The notes under the pieces were generated by a model. That model did not search any database and had not been told where the DNA came from. It saw only the letters and a list, made by a program, of their open reading frames with translations. A program made the position numbers and the translations under genes. DNA of 64,000 nt, taken from the IMG/VR virus record IMGVR_UViG_3300037524_000450, positions 1-64,000 of that record; one strand, given 5' to 3'. Of this stretch, positions 9,435 through 18,222 are shown piece after piece. Positions within the stretch are counted from its first letter, which is position 1. Each line of letters opens with the position of its first letter. This DNA comes from a virus. Lineage: Duplodnaviria > Caudoviricetes.

Positions 9435-10895
9435 ATGACGATTAAAGCACGGAAAGTTGTATCCCAAGGGAAACCAGTAGGGGGATTGATCAGGGCTGAC
9501 TTTGATGGTGGCGAGTCTTTCTCTCTGCATGGTTACTGGATGCATCCAAGCCGTCGAGCGAATGTCGAAGTTCCTATTTTTCAACATGAGTTTTACCCTA
9601 AACTAGACCATACCGAATTGGATATCAAGCAGAATGTTACTTACCGGGAAGTTGTAGTCCCCTCCATAGCCGAGCTTCATCAAGCAGGTATTGAGGTTGA
9701 CAAGGCTATTTTTGTGGCTGAGGTTTCAATCCACCCGAGGTATATAAAGAATAGTAACTTCTTTCGGGGAGAGTTCCCTGCGAGTGTTAAAGCACTAGCC
9801 AAACAGAACGGGATTGTTTTCGTTTTTCCTGCTTGTGATATGCCCCTGGCTAAGTTAAAGAGAAAGCAGGTTTTAAACTACTATAGGGCTTCATTCAGCC
9901 CCCTTTATATTAAGGGAAGACATTATACGTCCGGTCGGATGAACTTCTTTTTTGTGGCTCCGCTACACGCAACATTATCTCTACGTAAAACACTGAATCT
10001 AGAGGACAAAGAAAAGAAAGATAACTTGACTGAAGGTTGGGGGCGAGACCCCCTTAGCTCTTTAAGAACCCGTCAGGTAAACCAACAAGTCGCTAAGCAG
10101 GTTCAAAAAGAGATTCATGACTTGGTACTCCCGTTAGTTTCGTCTAAGATGGACATCCCTTTAAACTCAGCGGAAGGACGACGGCTCACACAAATGATGG
10201 ATGACCCTCGTCTTGCTCATGAACTGGTCCAGGCTACAGAAAGAAAGCCTAACCGGTTTGACGCTGTTAAACGTTGGGTTTCAGAGTCCTTCTGGCCTAG
10301 ACTAAAGTACACCATAACCAGCGAGACCAGCCAAGCGTTTGACGACGCTGCTAGGTACGCGGTTAGGCTAGCATTATCAGTAGCTTTTGACCGTGCTTTG
10401 GACAAGATGAAAGCTGTCCCGGAGCCGGGATCTTCAGCGCAGAAGGTTCCTGGTTGGAGAATGTCTCTAGGTAACACGGCAAAGCGGTTTAACTATGACA
10501 TGTCTGGGAACTCCGGTTCTCTTGGATTGGGGTATGTTGGGTATAAGAGTCCCATTAAAGAAAAGCAGCTTAACAGTCCTGCTATGCAGGATAAGCTTGA
10601 AACCCTGGCTTACCACGCAGTCCACGAATTAGAACATATTTTGCCTATTGCCGAAGCGGTTAGAAGCGTCGGTAATACGATGTTGGCTAACCTGTTAAAA
10701 ATAGTTATAACTGCCGATGATAGAGTAATTGTGTCACTTGACGACCATAAGATCGAGCAACTTAAACAACATAACCAATTAGCGGCATTAGGGGAGTTTC
10801 AAGACCCCCATAAGCTTAACACCCTTAAGTTTTATGTGAATCAGCTCAATAACAGACTAACTCTCATATACCATGAGATGACGATGATGGGGTAA
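9435..10895 (+). CDS. Hypothetical protein (486 aa) with HExxH motif
   Basis: Long ORF; YHAVHELEHIL at 10623-10637; internal LTE/G site. Confidence 0.6.
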   Translation: MTIKARKVVSQGKPVGGLIRADFDGGESFSLHGYWMHPSRRANVEVPIFQHEFYPKLDHTELDIKQNVTYREVVVPSIAELHQAGIEVDKAIFVAEVSIHPRYIKNSNFFRGEFPASVKALAKQNGIVFVFPACDMPLAKLKRKQVLNYYRASFSPLYIKGRHYTSGRMNFFFVAPLHATLSLRKTLNLEDKEKKDNLTEGWGRDPLSSLRTRQVNQQVAKQVQKEIHDLVLPLVSSKMDIPLNSAEGRRLTQMMDDPRLAHELVQATERKPNRFDAVKRWVSESFWPRLKYTITSETSQAFDDAARYAVRLALSVAFDRALDKMKAVPEPGSSAQKVPGWRMSLGNTAKRFNYDMSGNSGSLGLGYVGYKSPIKEKQLNSPAMQDKLETLAYHAVHELEHILPIAEAVRSVGNTMLANLLKIVITADDRVIVSLDDHKIEQLKQHNQLAALGEFQDPHKLNTLKFYVNQLNNRLTLIYHEMTMMG

Positions 10896-10896
10896 T

Positions 10897-11580
10897 ATGA
10901 ACCCAGCACAGGAACGGGCTATCCAACAAGTGGACGAGGGCATAAGTTTGTTAGCTAGAAGACTTATGGTTGAATACGATCTGTCTGAAGATGAAGCGCT
11001 CGCCTTGTTGTACCAAGAAGATAAGCTCGTAGATATGATTCAAGAAGAAAAACTTGAAGAGATTTTCTCAAATACTAAAGTCCGAGTAGTAGACTCCCCT
11101 AAAAATCCAAAAGAGTACTACCCAGGACACCATGCTTTTATACCCCCGTTAACCACAACGGATACATTTAACGCTCATATGGCACAGGCTTTGTCCCCCT
11201 ATGTTTTAGCAATTGCAAAAAAGATTGCGAAAGATAGGGATGTAGAAGCCCCAAACGAGCAAGAAATTATTAAGGTATTAAACCAAACCGATTGGGCAAA
11301 AGCGGCATACGAAGCTAAGAAGATGCCCAGTAAGCCCTCATTCCCTCGTCTTAGAGCTTTTTTAAGTAAGTACATCGGTAAGCCCATTCAAAAAACTTTT
11401 GATAAGATACCTATTGATGCAGTATTAGCTATGGCTGCTTCTGGGACTATGATGTGGCTTATTTGGACTACTTTTAAAAATCATGTCGAACAGGTTGGTA
11501 GCCCACCAGGAGATTTACTTCTTGCCTACGGCGATTATAAACAGCGCAAGATTCTAAAAAAGTTGAACAAAGGGCTGTAG
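10897..11580 (+). CDS. Hypothetical protein (227 aa) with acidic N-terminus and one C-terminal hydrophobic helix
   Basis: Acidic first ~55 aa ending KLEE, basic middle, AVLAMAASGTMMWLIWTTF hydrophobic stretch. Confidence 0.65.
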   Translation: MNPAQERAIQQVDEGISLLARRLMVEYDLSEDEALALLYQEDKLVDMIQEEKLEEIFSNTKVRVVDSPKNPKEYYPGHHAFIPPLTTTDTFNAHMAQALSPYVLAIAKKIAKDRDVEAPNEQEIIKVLNQTDWAKAAYEAKKMPSKPSFPRLRAFLSKYIGKPIQKTFDKIPIDAVLAMAASGTMMWLIWTTFKNHVEQVGSPPGDLLLAYGDYKQRKILKKLNKGL

Positions 11581-11583
11581 TTC

Positions 11584-11982
11584 ATGGGCGTTAAACGTCA
11601 GTGGCGACTCATGAAAATTGCAGAACTTCCTCTAGCCGAGGAAGTTAAAAAAGATATTATCGACAAGATAATACGCCAACGAGACGCCAAACTCACCTTA
11701 TACTGCTGGGAAAACAAAAATAATGTAGCGCCCGAAGCATTTTTTTCTAAGCAGGATGCTGTAAAAAATTGGTATGTGAAAAATCGTCTTTGGGAGCAGG
11801 AAAGTATCCCCAAAGGCGTTTTGCTTTATGAGTGGAACGTATCTCTGAAAACCATAGTAGATATGCTTAAAGATAACAAACTGTGTAACATGCCCATCTC
11901 TGAAGAGCACACTATTGAAGTGGCTCTTTCCCTCCAAAAACTGCACGAAGAGATTAAACAAACCGTGCAAAAGCAGGCATAA
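11584..11982 (+). CDS. Hypothetical protein (132 aa)
   Basis: Fills the operon gap on the + strand; no motif recognised. Confidence 0.6.
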   Translation: MGVKRQWRLMKIAELPLAEEVKKDIIDKIIRQRDAKLTLYCWENKNNVAPEAFFSKQDAVKNWYVKNRLWEQESIPKGVLLYEWNVSLKTIVDMLKDNKLCNMPISEEHTIEVALSLQKLHEEIKQTVQKQA

Positions 11983-12061
11983 GTCCCCCCTATATACCTC
12001 CTTATTCTTAATTATTTGATTGGGAACTGGTGCAAACCAGAAAGTTTTATGGAGGTAAAAC

Positions 12062-12334
12062 ATGACATATCCGAATATGGATCTTCAGAGCCTGTCGCGT
12101 GCCACTGACCTTCGTGTAGGCACCGATCAGGCGGAGCGCACTCTCCAGTTAGCGTTCCAACAGCTTTGGGGTGGCTTACAGTCGCTCAATTACATTGACG
12201 ACATGGGGCTTTACCCTGAGCAGGTTGTAAACGCTGGCGACGAGTCTTCGTTTGATACCGCTCTGGATAATCTCATTACTGACCTTGTTGCGGCGATGGT
12301 TCACTTTAACGAAATTTGGGCGATGGTTCCGTAA
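12062..12334 (+). CDS. Small hypothetical protein (90 aa), probably an abundant virion protein
   Basis: Strong GGAGGT SD at 12051-12056; codon style resembles the major capsid gene. Confidence 0.7.
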   Translation: MTYPNMDLQSLSRATDLRVGTDQAERTLQLAFQQLWGGLQSLNYIDDMGLYPEQVVNAGDESSFDTALDNLITDLVAAMVHFNEIWAMVP

Positions 12335-12337
12335 CAC

Positions 12338-12694
12338 ATGGGCCGTAGAACTATTCCCGTCGAGATCATCCCAGGGGTTTCCAAGACCCGGTTTTATCTG
12401 GATCTTATGGACCCCTTGGCCCTTGGGGGGACTAGCTTCGACATTCATGTGGCTCACCATGCAAATGGTGATCTTAATGACCATGCTCAATGGTACAACA
12501 TTTATGAAAGACCAGATGAGCATATTTTGAAGCTTCTACAAGAAGAGCTTCATATCAACAACGATGATTGGAAGGTTGTAGACCACATGCTTGGAAGTTT
12601 CCGTTGGGTGTTGTTCGTACACACCGATCCTTCCGAAATCAAAGTTGACGAAGAAGCGATGCGTAAGGGCGAATGGACCACGACCTATTTCTAG
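12338..12694 (+). CDS. Hypothetical protein (118 aa)
   Basis: Packed ORF directly upstream of the protease gene. Confidence 0.65.
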   Translation: MGRRTIPVEIIPGVSKTRFYLDLMDPLALGGTSFDIHVAHHANGDLNDHAQWYNIYERPDEHILKLLQEELHINNDDWKVVDHMLGSFRWVLFVHTDPSEIKVDEEAMRKGEWTTTYF

Positions 12695-12704
12695 GAGATC
12701 ACTG

Positions 12705-14222
12705 ATGACTACCGAACTAATCGAAGTTATGCCCTTTGAGTACCAGATCATAGAATCTGCGAATGGGCGTTTTCGTGTTGAAGGAGTTTTTCAGCGGTCT
12801 GACATCGAAAATGCCAACAAGCGAGTTTATCCACGTACAATTTGGGAAAAAGAGCTAAAGGAACCCCGCGTACGGGAAGTTCTTGAAAGTCGGGCGATGT
12901 TCGGTGAACTCGATCACCCGTCCGACGGTAAGACTTCTTTAAAGCGGGTTTCACATTTAATAACCGGTCTTAACTTGCAGGAAGATGGTACTGTCACTGG
13001 CTCTGCCGAGATTCTACCTACACCGAACGGCCAAATTTTGAAGGCGCTATTTGAATCAGGCGCACAAGTTGGCATCAGTTCCCGTGGTTCGGGTAGCGTG
13101 AGTAACGGCGTTGTACAGGAAGACTTCAAACTGTCAACTTTTGACTTCGTCGCCCGCCCCTCTACTCCTGGGGCGGTTCCTAAGCCGGTTGGGGAAACTC
13201 AACGCAGCCGGTCTAGATTCTTCGAAGACGACGAGGCTAAGGATGAGCTTGTCACCGTTAACGACGATGAGTTCAACTCTTTCCTCAAGTCCCTAGAAGA
13301 CATAGACCTGTCGGTTTTGGAGACAGATAATAATGACCTCAATGCTCTGGCGCATGACATTATAACAGTGCATAACTTTGTAATGGAAAACGAAATGACG
13401 CCGGAAACGATCAATGAAGTGAGTGGTTATCTCGTTTCTTTAGGCACTGACTTAGGTAGAATGGCTGTTGATCATCCCGAACAGAGAACGATCATTGCAG
13501 ATCTACTAGAGAAGGTAGAACAAACACGCGGGGCAATCATTTCTAAGCCCCATAACCAAGTAACCGAGGAGGAAAATATGGACAAGCTTGAATTCATTAA
13601 GGCTCGTCTAAACGAATCGGCTGAGGATGAAGAGATGGTACTGCAGGAGACTGCGGCAAATCTTTACGATGAGCTGAATTCGCTTAGTGACGAGGAGCTT
13701 GTGACTATTGCCCAGCAGGTCGATAGTGACAGGCTTCGTGAGCACCTTGAGACCTTAAGCGATGACGAACTTATCGAAGCTGGAATCGAAACAGGCGTTC
13801 TTACCGAAGAGCTTGACGAAGCCGATGACGATGAGGAAGTTACCGTGCAGGATCTTTTGGATTATGTAGAGCATCTTGAAGGACAACTCCAGGAAGCCGA
13901 AGAGATCGTTGGTGAACTCGTTGGCCGTCTGGAAGAGTCTGGGGATGCTGACACTGCTCTGCTGAAGTATGAGGCCGCTCTTGAGATCATTCAGGAAACA
14001 GTTGGTCGCTTCCAATTGCTGCAAGAAGCCGTTGGTGGTGAGGATAGAGCTAACCAGCTCATGGAATCCTATGTTGCCAAGCTAGAAGCCGAAAATGACA
14101 CCGAGAGTAATGATATTAACGTAGTTGAAGGCGTTCTCAATGAGGACGGTTCGGCTGGTAACAAGATGAGCGAGTATCTCCGGTTAACCGAAGGTGCCCT
14201 AACCCGTCTTGGTGCTCGCTAA
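12705..14222 (+). CDS. Prohead protease (T4 gp21-like) fused to an acidic scaffold-like domain (505 aa)
   Basis: Motifs GVFQRSDIENANKRVYP, GELDHP, VSHLIT, VGISSRGSG, FDFVARPS. AGGAG SD at 12693-12697 sets the start at 12705 (track start 12591 is too early). Confidence 0.92.
   Translation: MTTELIEVMPFEYQIIESANGRFRVEGVFQRSDIENANKRVYPRTIWEKELKEPRVREVLESRAMFGELDHPSDGKTSLKRVSHLITGLNLQEDGTVTGSAEILPTPNGQILKALFESGAQVGISSRGSGSVSNGVVQEDFKLSTFDFVARPSTPGAVPKPVGETQRSRSRFFEDDEAKDELVTVNDDEFNSFLKSLEDIDLSVLETDNNDLNALAHDIITVHNFVMENEMTPETINEVSGYLVSLGTDLGRMAVDHPEQRTIIADLLEKVEQTRGAIISKPHNQVTEEENMDKLEFIKARLNESAEDEEMVLQETAANLYDELNSLSDEELVTIAQQVDSDRLREHLETLSDDELIEAGIETGVLTEELDEADDDEEVTVQDLLDYVEHLEGQLQEAEEIVGELVGRLEESGDADTALLKYEAALEIIQETVGRFQLLQEAVGGEDRANQLMESYVAKLEAENDTESNDINVVEGVLNEDGSAGNKMSEYLRLTEGALTRLGAR
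13578..14222 (+). CDS. Nested in-frame scaffold protein (214 aa) from an internal start in the protease gene
   Basis: GAGGAGG at 13566-13572, 5 nt before an in-frame ATG; product is very acidic and coiled-coil-like. Confidence 0.6.
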   Translation: MDKLEFIKARLNESAEDEEMVLQETAANLYDELNSLSDEELVTIAQQVDSDRLREHLETLSDDELIEAGIETGVLTEELDEADDDEEVTVQDLLDYVEHLEGQLQEAEEIVGELVGRLEESGDADTALLKYEAALEIIQETVGRFQLLQEAVGGEDRANQLMESYVAKLEAENDTESNDINVVEGVLNEDGSAGNKMSEYLRLTEGALTRLGAR

Positions 14223-14251
14223 GAATATAGGTATATAAGGAGGATCATACT

Positions 14252-15646
14252 ATGCTTGCTCATGAAATTACCAATAGGGGTAATAAGGGACGGGAGCTAG
14301 CTGAGGGTCCGTGGCGTCCACTTGTCGAAAGCATTGAGGACCAAGGAACCCGAGAGCTTACTGCGGTGCTACTGGAGAACGAGCGTCAGTTCATTTCCAA
14401 CATGGAAGAGGACGTTAAGATCCAGAGTATCGGCTCGTTTGAGAAGTTCATCTTCCCAATCGTACGTGCGGTATTCCCCAACCTGATCGCTAAGGATATC
14501 GTATCGGTTCAGCCGATGGCAGGACCGACTTCGCTGGTGTTCTACCTGGATGCCGTGTATGGCTCCACAAAGGGCAGTGTAACTGCTGGTGACACAATGT
14601 TCAGTGCTCGTAAGGGCCACCTTGCCGATGACCAGTACTCGTCAGAGTTGGTTTCCGGTGAGACTCTAGTTACAGCCGCCAATGCTGGTGGCCAGACAGT
14701 TATCCCGGCTTCGACTTTGGATCTCGGTAGCGCACGTCCGGGTACCGTTGTTATCAGTGGTATTACTACTGGTACCGACGCGGCGTGGTCAGCCAGAGAC
14801 AATGGCGTTGGCACCTTCGTAATGATTTCGGGCAACACTTTCTCTGCTGCTCCGACTGTTGACTACGCAACCGGTGTTGTTAGCACCTTCACCCTGGGTA
14901 CTGCTCAGAAGGCTGCTACCGCTGTTATGGTTACTTACTATTACAACTCGGAAGGTTCTCCGAACATCCCGATTGTGGACTTCAATCTGTCCAGTGTGCC
15001 GGTTAGCGCTACTCCGCACAAGTTGCGTGCGCGTTGGTCGGTAGAAGCTTCAACCAACCTGAAGGCCCTCCATGGTATGGATGCTGAGTCAGAGTTGGTT
15101 GCTCTTCTTGCTGAGAAGATTCGGTGGGACATTGACCGCAGAATCATCAGCGACCTGTTCACTATCGCTTCGGCGGGTTCCGTTTCGTGGAACAAGCCCG
15201 CTCCGGCTGCCGTGTCGTACAACGATCACAAGCAGACCTTCATTGACGCGCTCATTGAGGCCAGCAACCTGATCTTCCGTGCAACCCGGCGTGGTACTGG
15301 TAACTTCGTGGTCTGCGGGACCAACGTTGCCAACGTTATTGAGTCTCTCTACGGCTTCCGTCCGCAGGCGGTTGCTGGCAACGGTGTCGTATTCATCGGT
15401 ACTCTTCAGGGTCGCTGGTCGATCTACAAAGACCCGTACATGGATTCGGATACGTTCCTGGTTGGCTGGAAGGGTAACAGCTTCCTTGAGGCCGGTTACG
15501 TGTTTGCTCCGTACGTGCCTTTGTATACCACTCCGACTTACGTGCTGGATGACATGTTGAACCGCAAGGGGATGATGTCCCAGTACGGTGTGAAGGCCAT
15601 TAACGGTGACTTCTACGCTACTGGTACTGTTACTTACTCCGTGTAA
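14252..15646 (+). CDS. Major capsid protein, T4 gp23-like (464 aa)
   Basis: PIVRAVFPNLIAKDIVSVQPMAGPTSLVFY, KLRARWSVEASTNLKALHGMDAESEL, GYVFAPYVPL; AAGGAGG SD. Confidence 0.96.
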   Translation: MLAHEITNRGNKGRELAEGPWRPLVESIEDQGTRELTAVLLENERQFISNMEEDVKIQSIGSFEKFIFPIVRAVFPNLIAKDIVSVQPMAGPTSLVFYLDAVYGSTKGSVTAGDTMFSARKGHLADDQYSSELVSGETLVTAANAGGQTVIPASTLDLGSARPGTVVISGITTGTDAAWSARDNGVGTFVMISGNTFSAAPTVDYATGVVSTFTLGTAQKAATAVMVTYYYNSEGSPNIPIVDFNLSSVPVSATPHKLRARWSVEASTNLKALHGMDAESELVALLAEKIRWDIDRRIISDLFTIASAGSVSWNKPAPAAVSYNDHKQTFIDALIEASNLIFRATRRGTGNFVVCGTNVANVIESLYGFRPQAVAGNGVVFIGTLQGRWSIYKDPYMDSDTFLVGWKGNSFLEAGYVFAPYVPLYTTPTYVLDDMLNRKGMMSQYGVKAINGDFYATGTVTYSV

Positions 15647-15670
15647 ACGTTGTAAGCCCTATTAACTAAC

Positions 15671-15708
15671 AGCCCCCTAAGGACTTTTCTTAGGGGGCTT
15701 GTCTTTAT
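15671..15708 (+). terminator. Intrinsic terminator after the major capsid gene
   Basis: AGCCCCCTAAG (15671-15681) / CTTAGGGGGCT (15689-15699) perfect stem followed by a T-rich tract. Confidence 0.8.
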
Positions 15709-15727
15709 TATATGTTTGGAGGACACA

Positions 15728-16429
15728 ATGAGCGGTAAGAAGAAATACGTTTATTTTGGTAAACGCCCCACTAATGTTTGTTACAATGGTGTCTCTTTTC
15801 CCCTGATGCCCGGTGATGTCATCGAGTGTCAACCAGATTTCGCTGCAACTTTCTTCAAGGCTGGTGAGTACAAGGAAACCGTTGGTACAACTAAGGATAA
15901 GCAAGCGCCTAAGTATAGTTTAGGGCGTACTCCTCTTGTTCTACGTAGAGACCCCACAGGCGGTCTCCCTACGACAGCTACGGTTGGAGTTAAGAAGACT
16001 GTTAAGTTGGACCAGGAAGTTCCTCCGATTAACCCCTATGATCTTACTATAGATAAAGGACTTAAGAAGGAAATTTCAACTTTTGAGAATATTTCTGTTG
16101 CCGCTGAAGTAAAGGAAATGGAAAAGACCCTAGAGTTGGATGCCCCCTTTGTTGACTCAGCAAGTGTTGAAGAGTTTGACAACCCGAACCCCCCAGTAGA
16201 TGTTCTTGAAACTGTCGAGGTTTCCTCTGTGCAGGTTAATATCCCCGGTAGGGCTGCCCTGCGTAAGATGACCAAGGGGGACGTGTTCAACCAAGTACAA
16301 GTGGTGGTTGCAGAAGGAGCTGCACTCAAGCCTGAAATGCTTGATGTTTTCACTCCTTTCACAGCAGAGAGCACCCGTGGCCCGATGTTTGAGGCCCTTT
16401 GGAAGTATTACGGTTACGATGGAGAATAG
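15728..16429 (+). CDS. Hypothetical head/neck accessory protein (233 aa)
   Basis: GGAGG SD before ATG 15728; short N-terminal beta domain, acidic linker, small C-terminal helical element (ALRKMTKGDV). Confidence 0.65.
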   Translation: MSGKKKYVYFGKRPTNVCYNGVSFPLMPGDVIECQPDFAATFFKAGEYKETVGTTKDKQAPKYSLGRTPLVLRRDPTGGLPTTATVGVKKTVKLDQEVPPINPYDLTIDKGLKKEISTFENISVAAEVKEMEKTLELDAPFVDSASVEEFDNPNPPVDVLETVEVSSVQVNIPGRAALRKMTKGDVFNQVQVVVAEGAALKPEMLDVFTPFTAESTRGPMFEALWKYYGYDGE

Positions 16430-16432
16430 TAA

Positions 16433-17155
16433 ATGCCTGAGAACTCATCTTTCACTGAGCAGTATATCCGGGATTGGGTGTTGAAAGCCCTGGGGTCTCC
16501 GACTATCCAAGTAGAGCTTGAAGAAACTCAGATTGACCAGAAGATCCAGGATGTGTTGGAGCTTTTTCAAAAGTACAAGCCTAAGGAGTATTTCGTAGCG
16601 CAGGAATACGCCCGAGGGTACCACTATATAACGGCTCCAACTGATGCTATCGGTGTACTAGATGTAGAGTTTGTCCGGTCAGATTACTTATCATACGAGA
16701 ATGTGGAGGGGGCATTGTTATATGACCCCTTCTACTTCTTATCAGCCGGTGGTATCACTGGTATGGACGTAACTACGTATGACCTCGTGCGGCATTGGAT
16801 CGAGGTAATCAGCCGGGAGTTCGGTTCTGAAGAAGGCTGCATCTTTCTTGACGACGGGAACCTGTTCATTCAGGTTCCCGGTAACTTTAAGGTCACAATC
16901 AAGTGGGCCATGCCCTGGAATAGCTTGGCGGATTGCCATAGGCCATACCAGCATTTGTTCTTAAACCTCGTCCTAGCGAAGTGTAAGCAGATTCTGGGGC
17001 ATATTAGAGGTAAGTTCGCCCAAGGCGTCCCTGGGGCCGGTGGTATGGTGCAGCTTGATGGGGAATACATGAAACAAAGCGGCAAAGAAGAGGAAGCACA
17101 GTTAACAGAAGAGCTGAAGCGTATCAGCCCACATTTTATACCGTCATTGGGGTAA
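16433..17155 (+). CDS. Neck / head-completion protein, T4 gp13-like
   Basis: WVLKALGSPTIQVELEETQIDQKIQDVLELF N-terminus and KCKQILGHIRGKF...GGMVQLDG C-terminus; position after the capsid gene. Confidence 0.85.
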   Translation: MPENSSFTEQYIRDWVLKALGSPTIQVELEETQIDQKIQDVLELFQKYKPKEYFVAQEYARGYHYITAPTDAIGVLDVEFVRSDYLSYENVEGALLYDPFYFLSAGGITGMDVTTYDLVRHWIEVISREFGSEEGCIFLDDGNLFIQVPGNFKVTIKWAMPWNSLADCHRPYQHLFLNLVLAKCKQILGHIRGKFAQGVPGAGGMVQLDGEYMKQSGKEEEAQLTEELKRISPHFIPSLG

Positions 17156-17158
17156 GGT

Positions 17159-17665
17159 ATGCCACTATTCGCTGCAGAAAAAGACCGCAAGCTCATGGAG
17201 CAGTTCAACAAGGAAATGTACCAACTGTACATGCATAAGATAGCGGTCTACAAACTCAATTTTAGGACAGATACGGTGGACTATATCTACCACGAGGATG
17301 TCAATAGAGATATCCCTGCTACTCCGTCATACTATGTGGAAGCTTTTGTAAACGTTGCAGACAATGGACTTGCTGCCCTTTACAAGCAAGGTCAACAGCT
17401 TGACCGTCAGCTTTGGTTATACTTCAGCCGTAAGGGGTTGGAGGATACCTTACTTGGGTTAGGCTTAGACAAGTACGGAGATGTCCCTACAGACGGGGAT
17501 GTGGTCAAGATACAAGACCTTTATTGGACGGTTGTTACTGTTGACCCAGAGGGTTACCACATGAATGACAGCCGGTTCCCTTTTGACTACCAGTGTAACA
17601 TCATTCCTTGGATTCGTACTTCGATACCGAAGGGAGAGACCAAAAAAGAGTTCAAGAGGTATTAA
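17159..17665 (+). CDS. Neck / head-closure protein, T4 gp14-like
   Basis: Follows the gp13-like gene; YIYHED, PTDGDVVKI patterns. Confidence 0.7.
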   Translation: MPLFAAEKDRKLMEQFNKEMYQLYMHKIAVYKLNFRTDTVDYIYHEDVNRDIPATPSYYVEAFVNVADNGLAALYKQGQQLDRQLWLYFSRKGLEDTLLGLGLDKYGDVPTDGDVVKIQDLYWTVVTVDPEGYHMNDSRFPFDYQCNIIPWIRTSIPKGETKKEFKRY

Positions 17666-18222
17666 TGGCTTACAGAATTGGGTTTATGCCTAGATTTCGC
17701 CGGTTTATAAAGATGGCGATGAAAAAAGTAAGGGTTGCTCTAGAGTCAGACGAGCGTCCTTCTTTGGCCGTAAGCCCGCAGCTTATTCTTGACCCGTCTA
17801 AAATGGGTCTTGCTGGTTTGGGAAAAGATATGGCCGAAGAGTTTGCTGATGACTTAAAAGCCCTTATAACTCGACAACTTATAGCGTGGGTACCTCTTAG
17901 CCCTGGGTACACTAAGCGTAAGAGAATGCTTGGGTTAGACCCAAGAATTTTAATTGCTACCGGACGGTATGTAAGCTCAATACAACCAATCGCTCAAAAA
18001 GATGGTTCGTGGATTGTAAGTGTTCCAGACACACCACTTAGGGCGGGCAGTAAGTACACATTAAAAGACCTGGCTCGTTGGTTGGAGTATGGAACACGTA
18101 ATATGCCTGCTCGTCCACATTGGCGACCGGCCCGTAATCTATGGCGTACCAAAATAGTACAGATGAAGGAAAAACTTAAGTTCAACATGGTACAAGAGTT
18201 AAGAAGACAAGGATATAGATAA
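17665..18222 (+). CDS. Tail completion protein, HK97 gp10 / Mu gpG-like
   Basis: LARWLEYGTRNMPARPHWRPA motif; TAATG overlap sets the start at 17665. Confidence 0.75.
   Translation: MAYRIGFMPRFRRFIKMAMKKVRVALESDERPSLAVSPQLILDPSKMGLAGLGKDMAEEFADDLKALITRQLIAWVPLSPGYTKRKRMLGLDPRILIATGRYVSSIQPIAQKDGSWIVSVPDTPLRAGSKYTLKDLARWLEYGTRNMPARPHWRPARNLWRTKIVQMKEKLKFNMVQELRRQGYR

Noticed and set aside
11578-11586. In-frame TAG-TTC-ATG junction between the 227-aa and 132-aa genes
   Set aside because: Three-base gaps recur elsewhere (e.g. 6668-6670), and nothing supports readthrough.
12020-12045. GGGAACTGGTGCAAACCAG resembles the P4 region of cobalamin riboswitches
   Set aside because: The remaining B12-box elements (CCCGCxACTGT and the downstream core) are absent; treated as a simple GNRA hairpin.
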